Positions 1-11,600 of a stretch of 64,000 nt of DNA are shown here, one piece after another; position 1 is the first letter of the stretch, and every line of letters begins with the position of its first letter. The notes beneath the pieces were generated by a model. The model worked only from the letters and a program-made list of their open reading frames with translations. It was not told where the DNA came from and did not search any database. This DNA is from an uncultured Acidobacteriota bacterium (lineage in GTDB: Bacteria; Acidobacteriota; Vicinamibacteria; Vicinamibacterales; UBA2999). The translations under genes and the position numbers were made by a program. The stretch covers positions 998 through 64,997 of the forward strand of contig CAVSPI010000002.1 of NCBI GenBank assembly GCA_963729975.1, given 5' to 3'.

Positions 1-1290
<1,290 letters not shown>

Positions 1291-1320
1291 GAAGTCCCGT
1301 ACCAGCTCGCGAGAAAGAGA

Positions 1321-1349
1321 AAGAGGTCGGCGAAAGCCGACCTCTTTCT
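1321..1349. terminator. Hairpin terminator between convergent groEL and sodC
   Basis: AAGAGGTCGGC-GAAA-GCCGACCTCTT forms an 11-bp perfect stem (1321-1331 / 1336-1346) with a GNRA-type tetraloop, followed by TCT. It lies between two convergent gene ends. Confidence 0.6.
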
Positions 1350-1402
1350 ACGTACGGTCAGGCGTGGGGGCCGGCGCGCGTGCGTCGCGCCTGGCAGCCA
1401 GC

Positions 1403-1924
1403 CTACTTCGTGATCACGCCGCAGGCGATGCGGCCACCGGCGTTACCCGCCGGGTCCGTCATGTAGTCGTCCGCCGTCGCATGCACCACGAGCGCGGCGC
1501 CGTCGGCGTCGAACAGCGAGCGCGGACCAGCCGACAGCGTTACTTTGCCGCCACCATTTCGGCTGTGACCTTGCCGTCGCTGCCCGCATACAGGTTTGGC
1601 AGGTCTCCGGCGTGCGGACCATCGGCTGCGAGCACGCCGTGATGATTGGCCTGCGGCGCGAAGTGACCACCGGCGGAGGTGAACATCGGGGCTTCGCACT
1701 GGCCGGTCGTGTGGATGTGAATCGCGTGCACACCGGCGGGCAGACCCTGCAGTTCGACCTTGATGAGCACGCCGTGCGGTGTCTCACGCAGCGTGGCAGT
1801 GCCGACCGGACGCCCCTGCGCGTCCTTCACCATGGCGGAAGCCGTTGTCGTCTGGGGCGCTTGCGCCAGGAGCAGTGACGTGCCGGCCAGAGTGAGCATC
1901 GCGACGACGGCTGATTTGGAGCAT
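1403..1924 (-). CDS. sodC: Cu,Zn superoxide dismutase (periplasmic), frameshifted
   Basis: ORFs 1540..1899 and 1403..1699 give [33 protein letters not shown] and [27 protein letters not shown]. The N-terminus is signal-peptide-like. The probable ATG is at 1924, with one more frame break just after it. Confidence 0.9.
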
Positions 1925-1975
1925 GGGGAAATCCGAGAAACCGTAGGGAATGAGGGCGCGACCGCGACCGCGGTG

Positions 1976-2880
1976 TCAGCGCAGGGTGAAGCTGAGTGCG
2001 ATGGTGACCAGCACCGGGACCGGTTCTCCGAAGCGCCGGCCGGGATTGAAGCGCCACTGGCGCGCCGCCTTCATGGCTTCCTGATCGAGGCCGAACGCGG
2101 AATCGAGTGATTTCTGTACCTTGCAGTCGCCCACGCCGCCATCGGCGAGCACGACGCATTCGAGCCAGACCTCACCCTGCACCTTGGCCCGCATCGCTTC
2201 GGATGTGTAGCTTGGCTTGACCTGCCTGACCAGCACCGGAGCATCGACGCCGTTCCCGGGCCGATAGGCACCGCCGCCGGTACCGCCGCCCGTGCCGGCT
2301 CCCAGTCCCGACCCCTGCCCTTGCCCGATGCCCGTGCCTTCGCCGGTGCCGCCGCCACCGCCGACACCACTTCCCTGCGACGGCGTGGACGCGGGCGGTG
2401 CCTCGAGGATGCCGGGCGCGGTCGTGGTGTCCGCGGCCATGGTCTTGGCCGGAATGGTCAGGAGTTCCTCGGGCTTTGGGCTCTTCCGGCTTGGCCTGCA
2501 CTTCGACCGGCTTGACCGCCGGAATCGCGATCTTCTCCTTGCCGGGAAGCTCGACTTTCTTGGGAGGCTCGGGCGCCTGGTTGCCGCCGCCACCGCCACC
2601 GCCACCCGGACCGGGCTCGGACAGCCACACGATGCTGTCGGGAAGACGATCGGGGAGGATCGGCGTAGCGGACCGGATCGGGGGCGAGCTGGAAGACCAG
2701 GAAGAGAAGACCGAGAAACGCCGCGTGACTGGCGATCGAGGCGCCGAGCGCACCGCCGATGCGCTTCTGCTGCTGCTCGAACAGAAAATGCACTTCAGCC
2801 GGCCCGGCGTTGGCCGGGCGCACCGACAGGTGGTCCGTGGGGACCTGTTCAGGCGGGGTTTGCGTGCTGTTTGTAGACAT
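1976..2880 (-). CDS. tonB: TonB family energy transducer, frameshifted
   Basis: C-terminal TonB domain (VKPSYTSEAMRAKVQGEVWLECVVLADGGV...AARQWRFNPG). Pro/Lys/Glu-rich spacer (PEPPKKVELPGKEKIAIPAVKPVEVQAKPEEPK). N-terminal TM segment (GGALGASIASHAAFLGLLFLVF). The gene is spread over three frames (ORFs 1976..2605, 2172..2753, 2458..2916). Confidence 0.85.
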
Positions 2881-3283
2881 CACTGCAGCCGGAGTGCGGT
2901 CGGGTTCATTCTCCACAGCTTCCTGAACTATCGCAACTGCAAAAGCAGTACCTCAACAAATCACGCCGGATCGGCCGACCGCCGGTCCTTTGATGGCACG
3001 GCCTTACGGGTTTCGATGACCGGCGTCCACTTCTGAGTCCCGCTCTTTCTTTCCCGGCAGCACGTGGACAGGTCAGCTCCGCGCCCCGGTAGAAACGCTC
3101 CTCTTGAGACGCCGGACGGCCGACATTAGCTGCCGACCCCGCGACCGCCCATGACATTCCGCGGGGGGGGCAAGAGCCTGAGCAAGAATCGAATGTGTCG
3201 CCTATCTGGGTGCGACCTGCCGCGAGGGCTGAAGCCCCCGCGCTACGGGAAAACGCACGTGACGCCGCTCTTTCCCGGCTCTG

Positions 3284-3348
3284 TGGGATCTGGAGCCTGG
3301 GATCTGTATTTGGGATTTGGAGCTTGGGATTTGGGATTCGGGATTTTT
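3284..3348. repeat. Tandem heptanucleotide array, about 9 units, consensus (T)GGGATT/C
   Basis: TGGGATC TGGAGCC TGGGATC TGTATTT GGGATTT GGAGCTT GGGATTT GGGATTC GGGATTT TT. It can also be read as two ~27-nt units. It is noncoding, lying just 3-prime of the 3388..3894 gene and ~400 bp upstream of tonB. Confidence 0.8.
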
Positions 3349-3387
3349 ACTCACGCTCTCAAGCCCCGCGAAGCGACCGCTCCCCTC

Positions 3388-3894
3388 TTAGTCCACCCAC
3401 GTCGTCGTGACGACCCGCTCCGCGCCGCAGCCATGCAGGCTCTCGCTGATGCGAGTCACCTCGGGATCGGTCACATGCGCGCCGATCAGCACGGCGCCGT
3501 CCTTGATGCGCCCTTCCCATGCCTCAGCTTCCTCGTTCGAGAACCCCATGCGCTCGAGCGCCGGCGCGACGCCGCCGGCCAGGTGGCCCGCGGCTTCTCC
3601 GAGGCCGGCGGCCAGCGGGCCGTCCGCGACGATGGGGCCGATGCCCGGCAAGCCGATGGCTATGGCGGCGAGCAGGTGGGCACTGAGCTCGCCCAGCCGC
3701 GATGCTACGCGCGAATCCTCGATCTCGGAACCGGGCGACCCCCCCGAGGCGTCGGCCAGCGCACCTTCCTCTTCGTGATTGCTCGACACGATGGAGACCC
3801 GCTCACGCGGAACGCCCAACCCACGGAGTTCACTGGCCGCACGGGCGGCGACGGCGGGATCGGCAAACAAGGCAACGACGAGCGGATGCGTCAT
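3388..3894 (-). CDS. Hypothetical protein, general-stress-protein-17M-like (two short related domains joined by a Gly/Ala-rich hydrophobic linker)
   Basis: Intact 168-aa ORF. N-terminal LVVALFADPAVAARAASELRGLGVPRERVSIV and C-terminal EEAEAWEGRIKDGAVLIGAHV resemble YflT/GSP17M-type modules. The family assignment is tentative. Confidence 0.55.
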   Translation of the reverse strand: MTHPLVVALFADPAVAARAASELRGLGVPRERVSIVSSNHEEEGALADASGGSPGSEIEDSRVASRLGELSAHLLAAIAIGLPGIGPIVADGPLAAGLGEAAGHLAGGVAPALERMGFSNEEAEAWEGRIKDGAVLIGAHVTDPEVTRISESLHGCGAERVVTTTWVD

Positions 3895-3910
3895 GACTGT
3901 CTATTCTGCG

Positions 3911-4888
3911 CTATTCGGTCGCGTAGCCGTCGCGTGCGCGGATGCGCACGCCGGGCGGGGGACTCTTGAGCGCGACCGCAATCGACCGCCACTCGCGCAC
4001 CCCGGAGCGGATCGCCTCCGCAGGTGCGTAGCCAATCAGGTACTGGTAGCGGAGCTCGCGCGCGATGGACGACAGCGTGCGCTCGAGCTCACGGGCGTCG
4101 CGGAGCAGGAACGACCGGCCGCCGGTCACGGCCGCCAGTTCTGCGAGAACCGGCGGTCGCGTCTTGCCGAACAGGATCGGGTAGATCAGGGCGCCGCTGC
4201 GGCGGGCGCGCTCCACGGCCTGAGCCGCGGTCGCCGTGCTGTAGCGGTCGGTGCCATCGGAGAACAGCACGAGCGCCTGCCGGCCGGGCTCGCCTTCGAG
4301 TCGATCGAGCGATGCGATGATGGCGTCGTAGAGGGCGGTGGTGCTCCACGGGTCCAGCGCCTCGATGGCGCGCGCCTGCGCACTCCGATCGGTGGACAGC
4401 GGGGCAAGCATCTCGGCGTCGCCGCCGATCGCCACCACCATCGAGCGATCGTCGGGTTTCAGCGCCCTGATGAACGACACCGACGCCTGCTTCGCCTGCG
4501 CCAGCGCGGCGCCAGCCATACTCCAGCTGCGGTCGATCCCGAGTGCCACCGTCAGCGGAAACTCGCCCGCGGCGAAGGTGGTGACCTGTTGCCGCCTGCC
4601 GTTTTCGAAGACCTCGAAATCCGACTGCCGCAAGCCGGTCACCGGCTCGCCCCGCGCATCGGTCACCGTCGCGTACACCTCGACGAGCTCGGTGGCCGAG
4701 GAGAATTGCGGCTGCGGATTCCCGGGCGCGGGACGCGACTGCGCGGTTTGACCCAGCAGCGCCGGAGCCGTCGCCGCCGCCAGAGCCAGGGCGACGGCGA
4801 GCGCCGCCGCGAGCCGGCCCGGCGCAGACAGCAGCCGCTGTTTCACCGCCATTCCTCTGTGAAATGCCAGTCTGGCGCGGGTTGGCAT
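3911..4888 (-). CDS. VWA domain protein (VWFA-related acidobacterial type), exported
   Basis: Intact 325-aa ORF with a signal-peptide-like N-terminus. MIDAS-like DRSWSMAG and LFSDGTDRYS motifs. The overall layout matches the TIGR03436 family. Confidence 0.8.
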   Translation of the reverse strand: MPTRARLAFHRGMAVKQRLLSAPGRLAAALAVALALAAATAPALLGQTAQSRPAPGNPQPQFSSATELVEVYATVTDARGEPVTGLRQSDFEVFENGRRQQVTTFAAGEFPLTVALGIDRSWSMAGAALAQAKQASVSFIRALKPDDRSMVVAIGGDAEMLAPLSTDRSAQARAIEALDPWSTTALYDAIIASLDRLEGEPGRQALVLFSDGTDRYSTATAAQAVERARRSGALIYPILFGKTRPPVLAELAAVTGGRSFLLRDARELERTLSSIARELRYQYLIGYAPAEAIRSGVREWRSIAVALKSPPPGVRIRARDGYATE

Positions 4889-4966
4889 GGTACAATCGCC
4901 AGTGGTTTCGGGAAGTCCGGGCGGATCTCCCGACCTCCTCGTGTGGCAACCGCAAGAAGGTGACGT

Positions 4967-5122
4967 ATGGGCCGTATAGGCATCCCGGAGCTTCTGATCA
5001 TTCTCGCGATCATCATTCTGGTCTTCGGGGCGAACCGACTGCCGGAGATCGGTCGCGGCATCGGCAAGGGCATTCGTAACTTCAAGGACGCCAACAAGGA
5101 AGAGACGCCCGAGAAATCTTAG
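4967..5122 (+). CDS. tatA: Twin-arginine translocase subunit TatA/E
   Basis: Not in the ORF track because it is only 51 aa. ATG at 4967, TAG at 5120-5122. Sequence [51 protein letters not shown] shows a TM helix, FG hinge and amphipathic helix. An AAGAAGG Shine-Dalgarno-like element lies upstream. Confidence 0.9.
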   Translation: MGRIGIPELLIILAIIILVFGANRLPEIGRGIGKGIRNFKDANKEETPEKS

Positions 5123-5128
5123 TGTCCC

Positions 5129-7439
5129 TCAGCGGCGGCGCCGACCCTTCTTGGCGCTGCCCTTCCCTGCCTGCCGTTCGCGGCGGCCGGGCCGCTGCGT
5201 TCGCCGCGCGTCCGGCTTCGGCGCCCCGTGCTTCGGCACGACCTGCGTCCGCACCCGTCCTCGCGGCCGCTCCTCGCGGCGCACCGACTCCAGAATCTCC
5301 ACAATCCCAAGGTCTATCTGCCGGCGATCCATGTCGACGCGGACCACCTGCACCGCGACGCGATCGCCGAGCCGATACACCTTCTTGGTGTTCTCGCCGA
5401 ACAGCACGTGCTGCTGCTCGACGTAACGATAGTAGTCGTCGGCCATGCTGGCGATGTGCACGAGCCCTTCGACGTAGTGCACGATCAGCTCGACGAAGAG
5501 GCCGAACGGCGCCACGCCGGTGACGTAGCCGTCGAACTCGTCGCCCACCTTGTTCGCCATGAAGCGGACCTTCTTCCACTGCAGCAACTCACGCTCGGCG
5601 TCGTCGGCGCGCCGCTCCATCTCGGAGGTGTGGCGGGCAATGTCCGGCAGCTCCTCCTCGAGCTCCTCGCGCCGTTCCTCGATGCCGCCCTGCCGCGACG
5701 CCCGCAGCATGCGGTGCACCACCAGGTCGGGATAGCGTCGAATCGGCGACGTGAAGTGCGTGTAGTGCTCCGCCGCCAGACCGAAGTGCCCGAGGCTCAC
5801 GGCGTCGTAGCGCGCCTTCTGCATCGTCCGCAGCATGAGCGCGGCGATCGGCCGCTCCTCCGGCGTCCCGCGCATCCGGGTGATGACCTTCTGAAAGTGC
5901 TTCGGCTTCGGCTGCGCCGCCGCTCAGCGCGAGGCTGTAACCCAACGTGGTGATGAACGCCTCGAAGTCGTCCACCTTCTTCGGGTCGGGCGCCTCGTGC
6001 ACCCGGTGCAGCGCCGGCACGTCGTTGGCTACCAGGTGGGCCGCCACCGTTTCGTTGGCGAGCAGCATGAACTCCTCGATCAGCCGGTGCGCGACGTTGC
6101 GCTCGGTCGCCACGATCGCTTCGATCTGCCCGCTCTCGGCCAGGATCACCGCGGCTTCCGGCAGGTCGAAGTCGATGGAGCCGCGCCGCCGGCGGCGCGC
6201 GTGCAGCACCTCGAAGAGCTCGCGCATCAGCTCGAACATCGGCACCAGCGCGGCATACTGCGCCGTCATCGCCGGATCGCGATCGGTGAGGATGGCGCTG
6301 ACCGCCGTGTAGGTCATCCGCTCGTTGCTGTTGATGACGCCGTCGTGCATCTCGTAGCGCACGACGGTGCCGCGCTTGTCGATCTCCATCAGGCAGCTCT
6401 GCACCAGGCGATCGACGCGCGGGTTCAGGCTGCACAAGCCGGTCGACAGCTCCGCCGGGAACATGTGCACGGCGCGCTCGGTGAAGTAGACCGACGTGCC
6501 GCGCTCGTAGGCCTCTTCGTCGAGCGCGCTGCCCTCTTCGACGTAGTGCGCGACGTCGGCGATGTGCACGCCGAGCCAGACGTTGCCGTTGGGTAGTCGC
6601 TCGATGGTGATCGCGTCGTCGAAGTCGCGTGCGTGCTCGCCGTCGATCGTGACGGTCGTCACCGCTCTGAAGTCGGTGCGGCCGCGGATGTCGCGCTCCT
6701 TGACGGCGGTGCCCAGGCGAGTCGCCTCGTCGATCGCGTCGGTGGAGTGCGTGTCGGGGATGCCGTAGCGGCGGATGATGATCTTGGTGTCGACGCCCGG
6801 CTCGTCGATGAGGCCGAGGACCTCGACGACGCGGCCGGCCGGGCCGCGCGTGGCCGTCGGCCAGCGGGTGATCTCGACCAGCACCATCTCGCCCGATTCG
6901 GCGGACGACGATTCGCCGCTCGGCACCTGCACGTCGGTCAGGACACGCTTGTCGAACGGCACGACGAAGCCGAGCCCGTTCGCGTCGGTCTCGTAGCGGC
7001 CGACGATCGTCTGCTGACTGCGCTCGAGAATCCTGACGATGCGCCCCTCGGGCCCTTTCTCGGTCTGGCGCTCGACGCGCACCGCGACGCGGTCGCCGTG
7101 CATCGCCTCGGTCAGGTTGGGCGCCGCGATGAAGATGTCCTGGCGATCGCCGCGCTCGCGCCGCTCGAGCTGTTCGGGGATGACGAAGCCGAAGCCCGAC
7201 GGGTTGGTGTTGAGACGACCGACGACGATGTCCATCTTCTCGGGCAGGCCGATGCGATTGCCGCGAATCTGCAGCAGCGCGCCTTCGGCGATCAGCGACT
7301 TGAGCAGCCGCTTGAAGGCCACGCGCTCCTCTCGCGGGATGCGCAGCAGGCGCGCCAGCTCGCGCGTGGTCGCCGGGTGATGGACGCTGGAGCGGATGAG
7401 ATCGAGTGTCTCGTCGCGGGTCGGGAGGGACTTGGGCAT
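5129..7439 (-). CDS. rnr: Ribonuclease R, one frameshift near 5880-5920
   Basis: ORF 5589..7439 carries the N-terminal HTH/cold-shock and RNB domains. ORF 5129..5875 carries HFGLAAEHYTHFTSPIRRYPDLVVHR, an S1 domain and a basic tail (KGSAKKGRRRR). Confidence 0.95.
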
Positions 7440-7588
7440 GAGCTGTAGTTAGTACACCATGGACGGGCGCGACGCGGGCACATTGCCGGCGCAGCGCGGA
7501 AGGACGTGCGAGGCCGGCAGTGCCGGGCTTCGCGTTGAAGAGTCGTGGAAGGGCTCGAGCGCGCCACGGACGCGTTGGTCGTTCGCCC

Positions 7589-8893
7589 TCACGAAATCAG
7601 GACGATCTGGATGTCACCGACATTGGCACCGGTCGGTCCGGTCAGCACGAGATCGCCGAGCGCGCTGAAAAAGGGATAGGAATCGTTGCCGGTCGAGCGC
7701 CGCAGCCGCCGACAACCCGGCCGCACGCGACGCGCGCCACGGTGGTGGAATCGACGATGGCACCAGCAGCATCGGTGGGACCGTCGATGCCATCGGTGCC
7801 GATGCTGGCGGCAATAGCCGGTGTCGCAAGCTCGGCGAGACGGCCGGAGAGCACGAGCGCGAGCTCCTGGTTGCGCCCGCCACGGCCGGCGCCGGTGACC
7901 GTCACGGTGGTTTCGCCGCGGCTCAGCACGCAGAGCGGCCGCGGGCCGTTCTGGTGAAGCGCATCGATCTGCGCGAACAGGTCCGCCGCGGCAAGTCTCG
8001 CCTCTCCGACGACTGGTTCGGCGATGACGTGCACGGCGTAGCCCAGGCGGCGCGCCATCGCGGCGGCCCCCTCCAGGGCCACGACCGCATCGCCGATCAC
8101 GGCCGCGTGCCGGCGTGAATGTGGCCAGGGCGGCGGTGCACCGGCGGCGTGATGCGATCTCCTCTTCCACACCCCGCCGCAGTCGCGCAACGACTGTCTC
8201 CGGATACGCCTCGCGCCCGTCGTGGCGTTCGAGCACCGCCAGCGCGTCGGCGAACGTCGTGACATCGGCCACTGTCGGACCGGACGCGATGACCGACAGG
8301 TCGTTGCCGATGACATCGGAGATCGCCAGCGTTTCCACCGCCCCCGCCGCGGCCGTGGCCAGGCGGCCACCCTTGATTCCCGACAGGTGCTTGCGCACGG
8401 TGTTCAGCGCGTGGATGTCCGCGCCGGCGCCTGAGCAGCCGCTGCACCGTCGCCTGCTTCGCCGCCAGGGTGACGCCGTCAGGCAGCGCCATCAGTGCTG
8501 ACGCGCCGCCGGACAGCAGTACCAGGAGGAGGTCTTCGCGGCCGGTGCCGCTGGCGAGGGCGAGGGCACGACGGGCGGCGGCCACACTGCGCTCGTCGGG
8601 AACCGGATGCGCACCCACCAGCCATTCGCCGGAGTGAAGGGCTGCGCCGGCGAGCCGAGCGGGTCCGACACCGAGCACGACGCGGCACGTCACCCCGGCC
8701 TCACGTAAGACCGTCCAGCATGCCGGCCGCGGACTTGCCCGCGGCAATCACGTCGACGTGGGCGGCATCGCGCAGCACCGTGGCCAGGCGCGGCTCGGCA
8801 AGTGCGCGCGTGACGAGCGTAGCGGGATGGACGGCGTCGAGGGCGGCACTCAGAACCTGAAGCAGGTCCTGGCGCGAAGGGGAGGGGTCAGTG
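7589..8893 (-). CDS. Glycerate 2-kinase / hydroxypyruvate reductase family (DUF4147 + MOFRL), multiply frameshifted
   Basis: Motifs include LLLVLLSGGASALMALPDG, MRKHLSGIKGGRLA and SRGETTVTVTGAGRGGRNQELAL...GTDGIDGPTDAAGAIVD. The gene is spread over ORFs 7589..8398, 7642..8370, 8097..8747 and 8701..8976. The start is not resolved. Confidence 0.8.
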
Positions 8894-9199
8894 AACGTTG
8901 CGCGGGTCGGACCAGGCCGAAAGGCGGGTGACGACGTCGAATTGACAGAGCAGGCGGCTGACGATCTTGTCGGCATCGGACGCGCAGCACAGGTGGTCGA
9001 GCTGTGACATCACCTTGAGCAGCGCCTGCTCGGCGTCGGCAATCGCGGCATCGGAGTAGAACTCGCGCTGCTCTTCGAGGCAGCGTTGATAGCGGGCAAA
9101 CTCTTCGCGGTAGAAATTGGAAATGGAATGGACGGCGAGCTCGCGCTGCGGGCGCGAGTCGGTCAGGAAGCGTGAAAGACGCGTTCGTGACAGGGGCAT
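8888..9199 (-). CDS. Hypothetical small helical protein
   Basis: Intact 103-aa ORF with non-biased composition (NFYREEFARYQRCLEEQREFYSD...). I recognise no family. Confidence 0.4.
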   Translation of the reverse strand: MPLSRTRLSRFLTDSRPQRELAVHSISNFYREEFARYQRCLEEQREFYSDAAIADAEQALLKVMSQLDHLCCASDADKIVSRLLCQFDVVTRLSAWSDPRNVH

Positions 9200-9260
9200 T
9201 ACTGGAATGTGATCCCAGTCTAACGACCGTGCGGAGCGGCTGTCAACGGCCCAGGCCCCG

Positions 9261-10152
9261 TCAGACCGCGTGCCGCGACGCCACGACCCCGCCGATCGCC
9301 CCTACCACCATTCCCCCCGTCGACCAGTCCGGCACAGGCCGAGACGGGCAGAAACGAGACACCCACCCCCTCCAGGAGAAGCGTCCATATCGCTCGCCCA
9401 CCAGGAGCGCGCCGCAGGAATGCTGCGGCCAGAATCAGTAGCGCCAGGCAGGCACCGATCCCGCCCTGCAGACAGCCCTTCGGCCACGAACGGACCGCGG
9501 ATGAAGACGAGCGGCGAGCCCACCAGTCTGCATGATCTCGAGCTCGTCGCGGCGGTTGTGCAGGCTCAGACGCACCACGCTGGCCACGGTCGCCGCGGCC
9601 GCCAGCGCCATCAGCAATCGCCAGGGCGGCGCCGGCGCCGCGGACGGCGCTCAGTCCGCCGGCCAGCCGATTCAGCCACTCGCGATCGTAGCGAACGTCC
9701 TCGACCCGCCGGGAGCGCCGCCACCTGCCGCACCACCGCCTCGGCGCGCCCGTCGTTGTCGGCGCCCAGGCGATACCCGCACTTCGACCGACGCCGGGAA
9801 GGGATTGTCCCCGAGGCTGTCGGGAGTGCGGCGAGATCGGTGAACGCGAGGCGGAAGCGACCGAGCGCCTGGGCCTTCGACACGAATTCGCGCCCGCCGC
9901 GACGCCGCTGGCATCGATGGCCGCTTCAATCGCCCCGCGTTGTTCCGAGGTGGTGTCGTCGCGGAGGAACACGGAAAACTCGGCGGCCGCCGTCCACTGC
10001 TGCAGCACGCGCTCGACATTGGACGTGACCAGCAACTCGGCGCCGAGCACCAGCACGGCGAGCGCGATGGCGACAACGGCGAAGAGGGTCGCGCTTTTCC
10101 CGCGCACCAGGCTCGACCATCCCTGCGCCAACGCGTACTGGAGCGCCCTCAT
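9261..10152 (-). CDS. ftsX: Cell division permease-like protein FtsX, multiply frameshifted
   Basis: N-terminus MRALQYALAQGWSSLVRGKSATLFAVVAIALAVLVLG...FLRDDTTSEQRGAIEAAID. Central/C-terminal fragments read VASVVRLSLHNRRDELEIMQ and GSPLVFIRGPFVAEG, and the gene ends ...MVVGAIGGVVASRHAV then stop (9261-9263). Its ATG overlaps the ftsE stop (ATGA). Confidence 0.85.
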
Positions 10153-10808
10153 GCGACGTCGAGAGCCCGGCCCTGATCGAGCGTGATCGTGCGCCGGCCA
10201 ACGAGCCGGATCAGCTCGCGGTCGTGCGTCGCCACCACCACCGTGGTGCCGCCGGCATTCACCTCGCGCAGCAGGTTCATGATCTCGAGCGACAGGTCTG
10301 GATCGAGATTGCCCGTCGGCTCGTCGGCAAGCACCAGGTATGGATCGTTGACCAGTGCGCGCGCGATGGCGATCCGCTGCTGCTCGCCGCCCGAGAGATC
10401 GTGCGGATAGGCGTTCATGCGATGCTGCAGGCCGACCCACTTCAGCACCTGAAATGCGCGGCGGCGCAGCTGCGCCTCCGGTGTGCCCAGCACTTCGGCC
10501 ACGAACGAGATGTTCTCCAGCACCGTGCGCGAGCGAATGAGCTTGAAGTCCTGGAAGATGAAGCCGAGACCGCGGCGATACTCCTGCACTTCGCCACGGG
10601 ACAGGCTGGCCAGGTGCTGGCCGTTGACGACGACCTCACCCGCACTCGGCCGCTCTTCGAGCAGCAGCAGCCGGAGAAACGTCGACTTGCCCGCACCGCT
10701 CGGACCGGTGAGGAAGACGAACTCCCCCTTGGCGATGGTGAGCGAGAGGTCGTGCAGCGCGTAGAGCCCGCGGCTGTAGAGTTTCGAGAGGTGGTGCGTC
10801 TCGATCAC
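10149..10808 (-). CDS. ftsE: Cell division ATP-binding protein FtsE
   Basis: Intact 219-aa ORF. Walker A GPSGAGKST, signature [15 protein letters not shown], Walker [13 protein letters not shown]. Confidence 0.93.
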   Translation of the reverse strand: MIETHHLSKLYSRGLYALHDLSLTIAKGEFVFLTGPSGAGKSTFLRLLLLEERPSAGEVVVNGQHLASLSRGEVQEYRRGLGFIFQDFKLIRSRTVLENISFVAEVLGTPEAQLRRRAFQVLKWVGLQHRMNAYPHDLSGGEQQRIAIARALVNDPYLVLADEPTGNLDPDLSLEIMNLLREVNAGGTTVVVATHDRELIRLVGRRTITLDQGRALDVA

Positions 10809-10827
10809 GCTGCCAGTCTACCCAAAA

Positions 10828-11600
10828 TCAGCGGACGGGCGCGGGTGCGCCGCCGTCACGTGGCGGTGATGGCGGACGCTCAGGAGCCGGTGTGTAGCTG
10901 ACAAGCTCGAGACGGAGGTGCCCGAATCCGGCATCGACGTCGATGGCCAACGGGATCCGCCGCTCGTCGATGCTGATCCAGACGACCGCGCGCGCCGGCT
11001 CGCGGCGCTCGACGCGGCGCTGGATAGCGGGGTCGAGCCGGATGGCCTCGACCTGCCGGCCCTGCAGGGCGATCGTCTCGCGCCCGGTGACGACCAGCTC
11101 GAGGGTGAGGTTGCGCCCGGCTTCGTTGATGGGTATCTGGTAGCGCCGTCCGGCGTCGAGCGGGAGCGTCCGGACGTAGAACAGCGCCGCGATGGCATCG
11201 CGCGCATCGCGGGCCAGCGGGAGCGTCACGGCTCCGGTTGATCGTGCAGCCTCTCCGTCGCACCGAGCCGCAGCAGCCGCGCGGCATGGTCGTAGACGTA
11301 GCTCCGTGTCACCTCGCGCGATCCTTCGTGCTGCTCGCGCACGTGCAGACGCGGCACGAGTTGGGCGTCGGTCGTCGTGGTGAAGGTATCCTGCGCCTCG
11401 AAGAAGCGCGACACCCACGGCGCGGTCATCGCCGTCACCGTGAAGCGATACGGTGGCGGCGTCGACCGAGGTCACGATCTCCCCCGCCACCAGGTTCATG
11501 CCGGCGCCGTCCCAGGAGACGGCGTATCGCGCACGTTCTCCCGCAGCGAACGGCGCCGGACCTGGCGCAACCGGAATCACTGTCACCGCGCGCGCCATCC
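10828..11600 (-). CDS. DUF3108 domain protein, frameshifted
   Basis: FAAGERARYAVSWDGAGMNLVAGEIV, RFFEAQDTFTTTTDAQLVPRLHVREQHEGSREVTRSYVYD (ORF 11226..11438) and YVRTLPLDAGRRYQIPINEAGRNLTLELVVTGRETI...IDERRIPLAIDVDAGFGHLRLELV. No stop separates it from the upstream gene in frame. Confidence 0.65.

Noticed and set aside
3284-3348. A CRISPR-like array.
   Set aside because: The unit length is only 7 nt, there are no spacers, and no cas genes lie in the window. It is a simple tandem repeat.
3779-4963. Long ORFs antisense to well-supported genes. Examples: 3779..4963, 5228..5953, 18278..19420, 22330..23397, 39803..41062, 42070..43281, 45200..46324 and 49278..50489.
   Set aside because: Their composition is Arg/Ala/Gly/Pro-dominated and low in complexity, as expected from stop-codon-poor GC-rich DNA. 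In each case the opposite strand carries clear family motifs.
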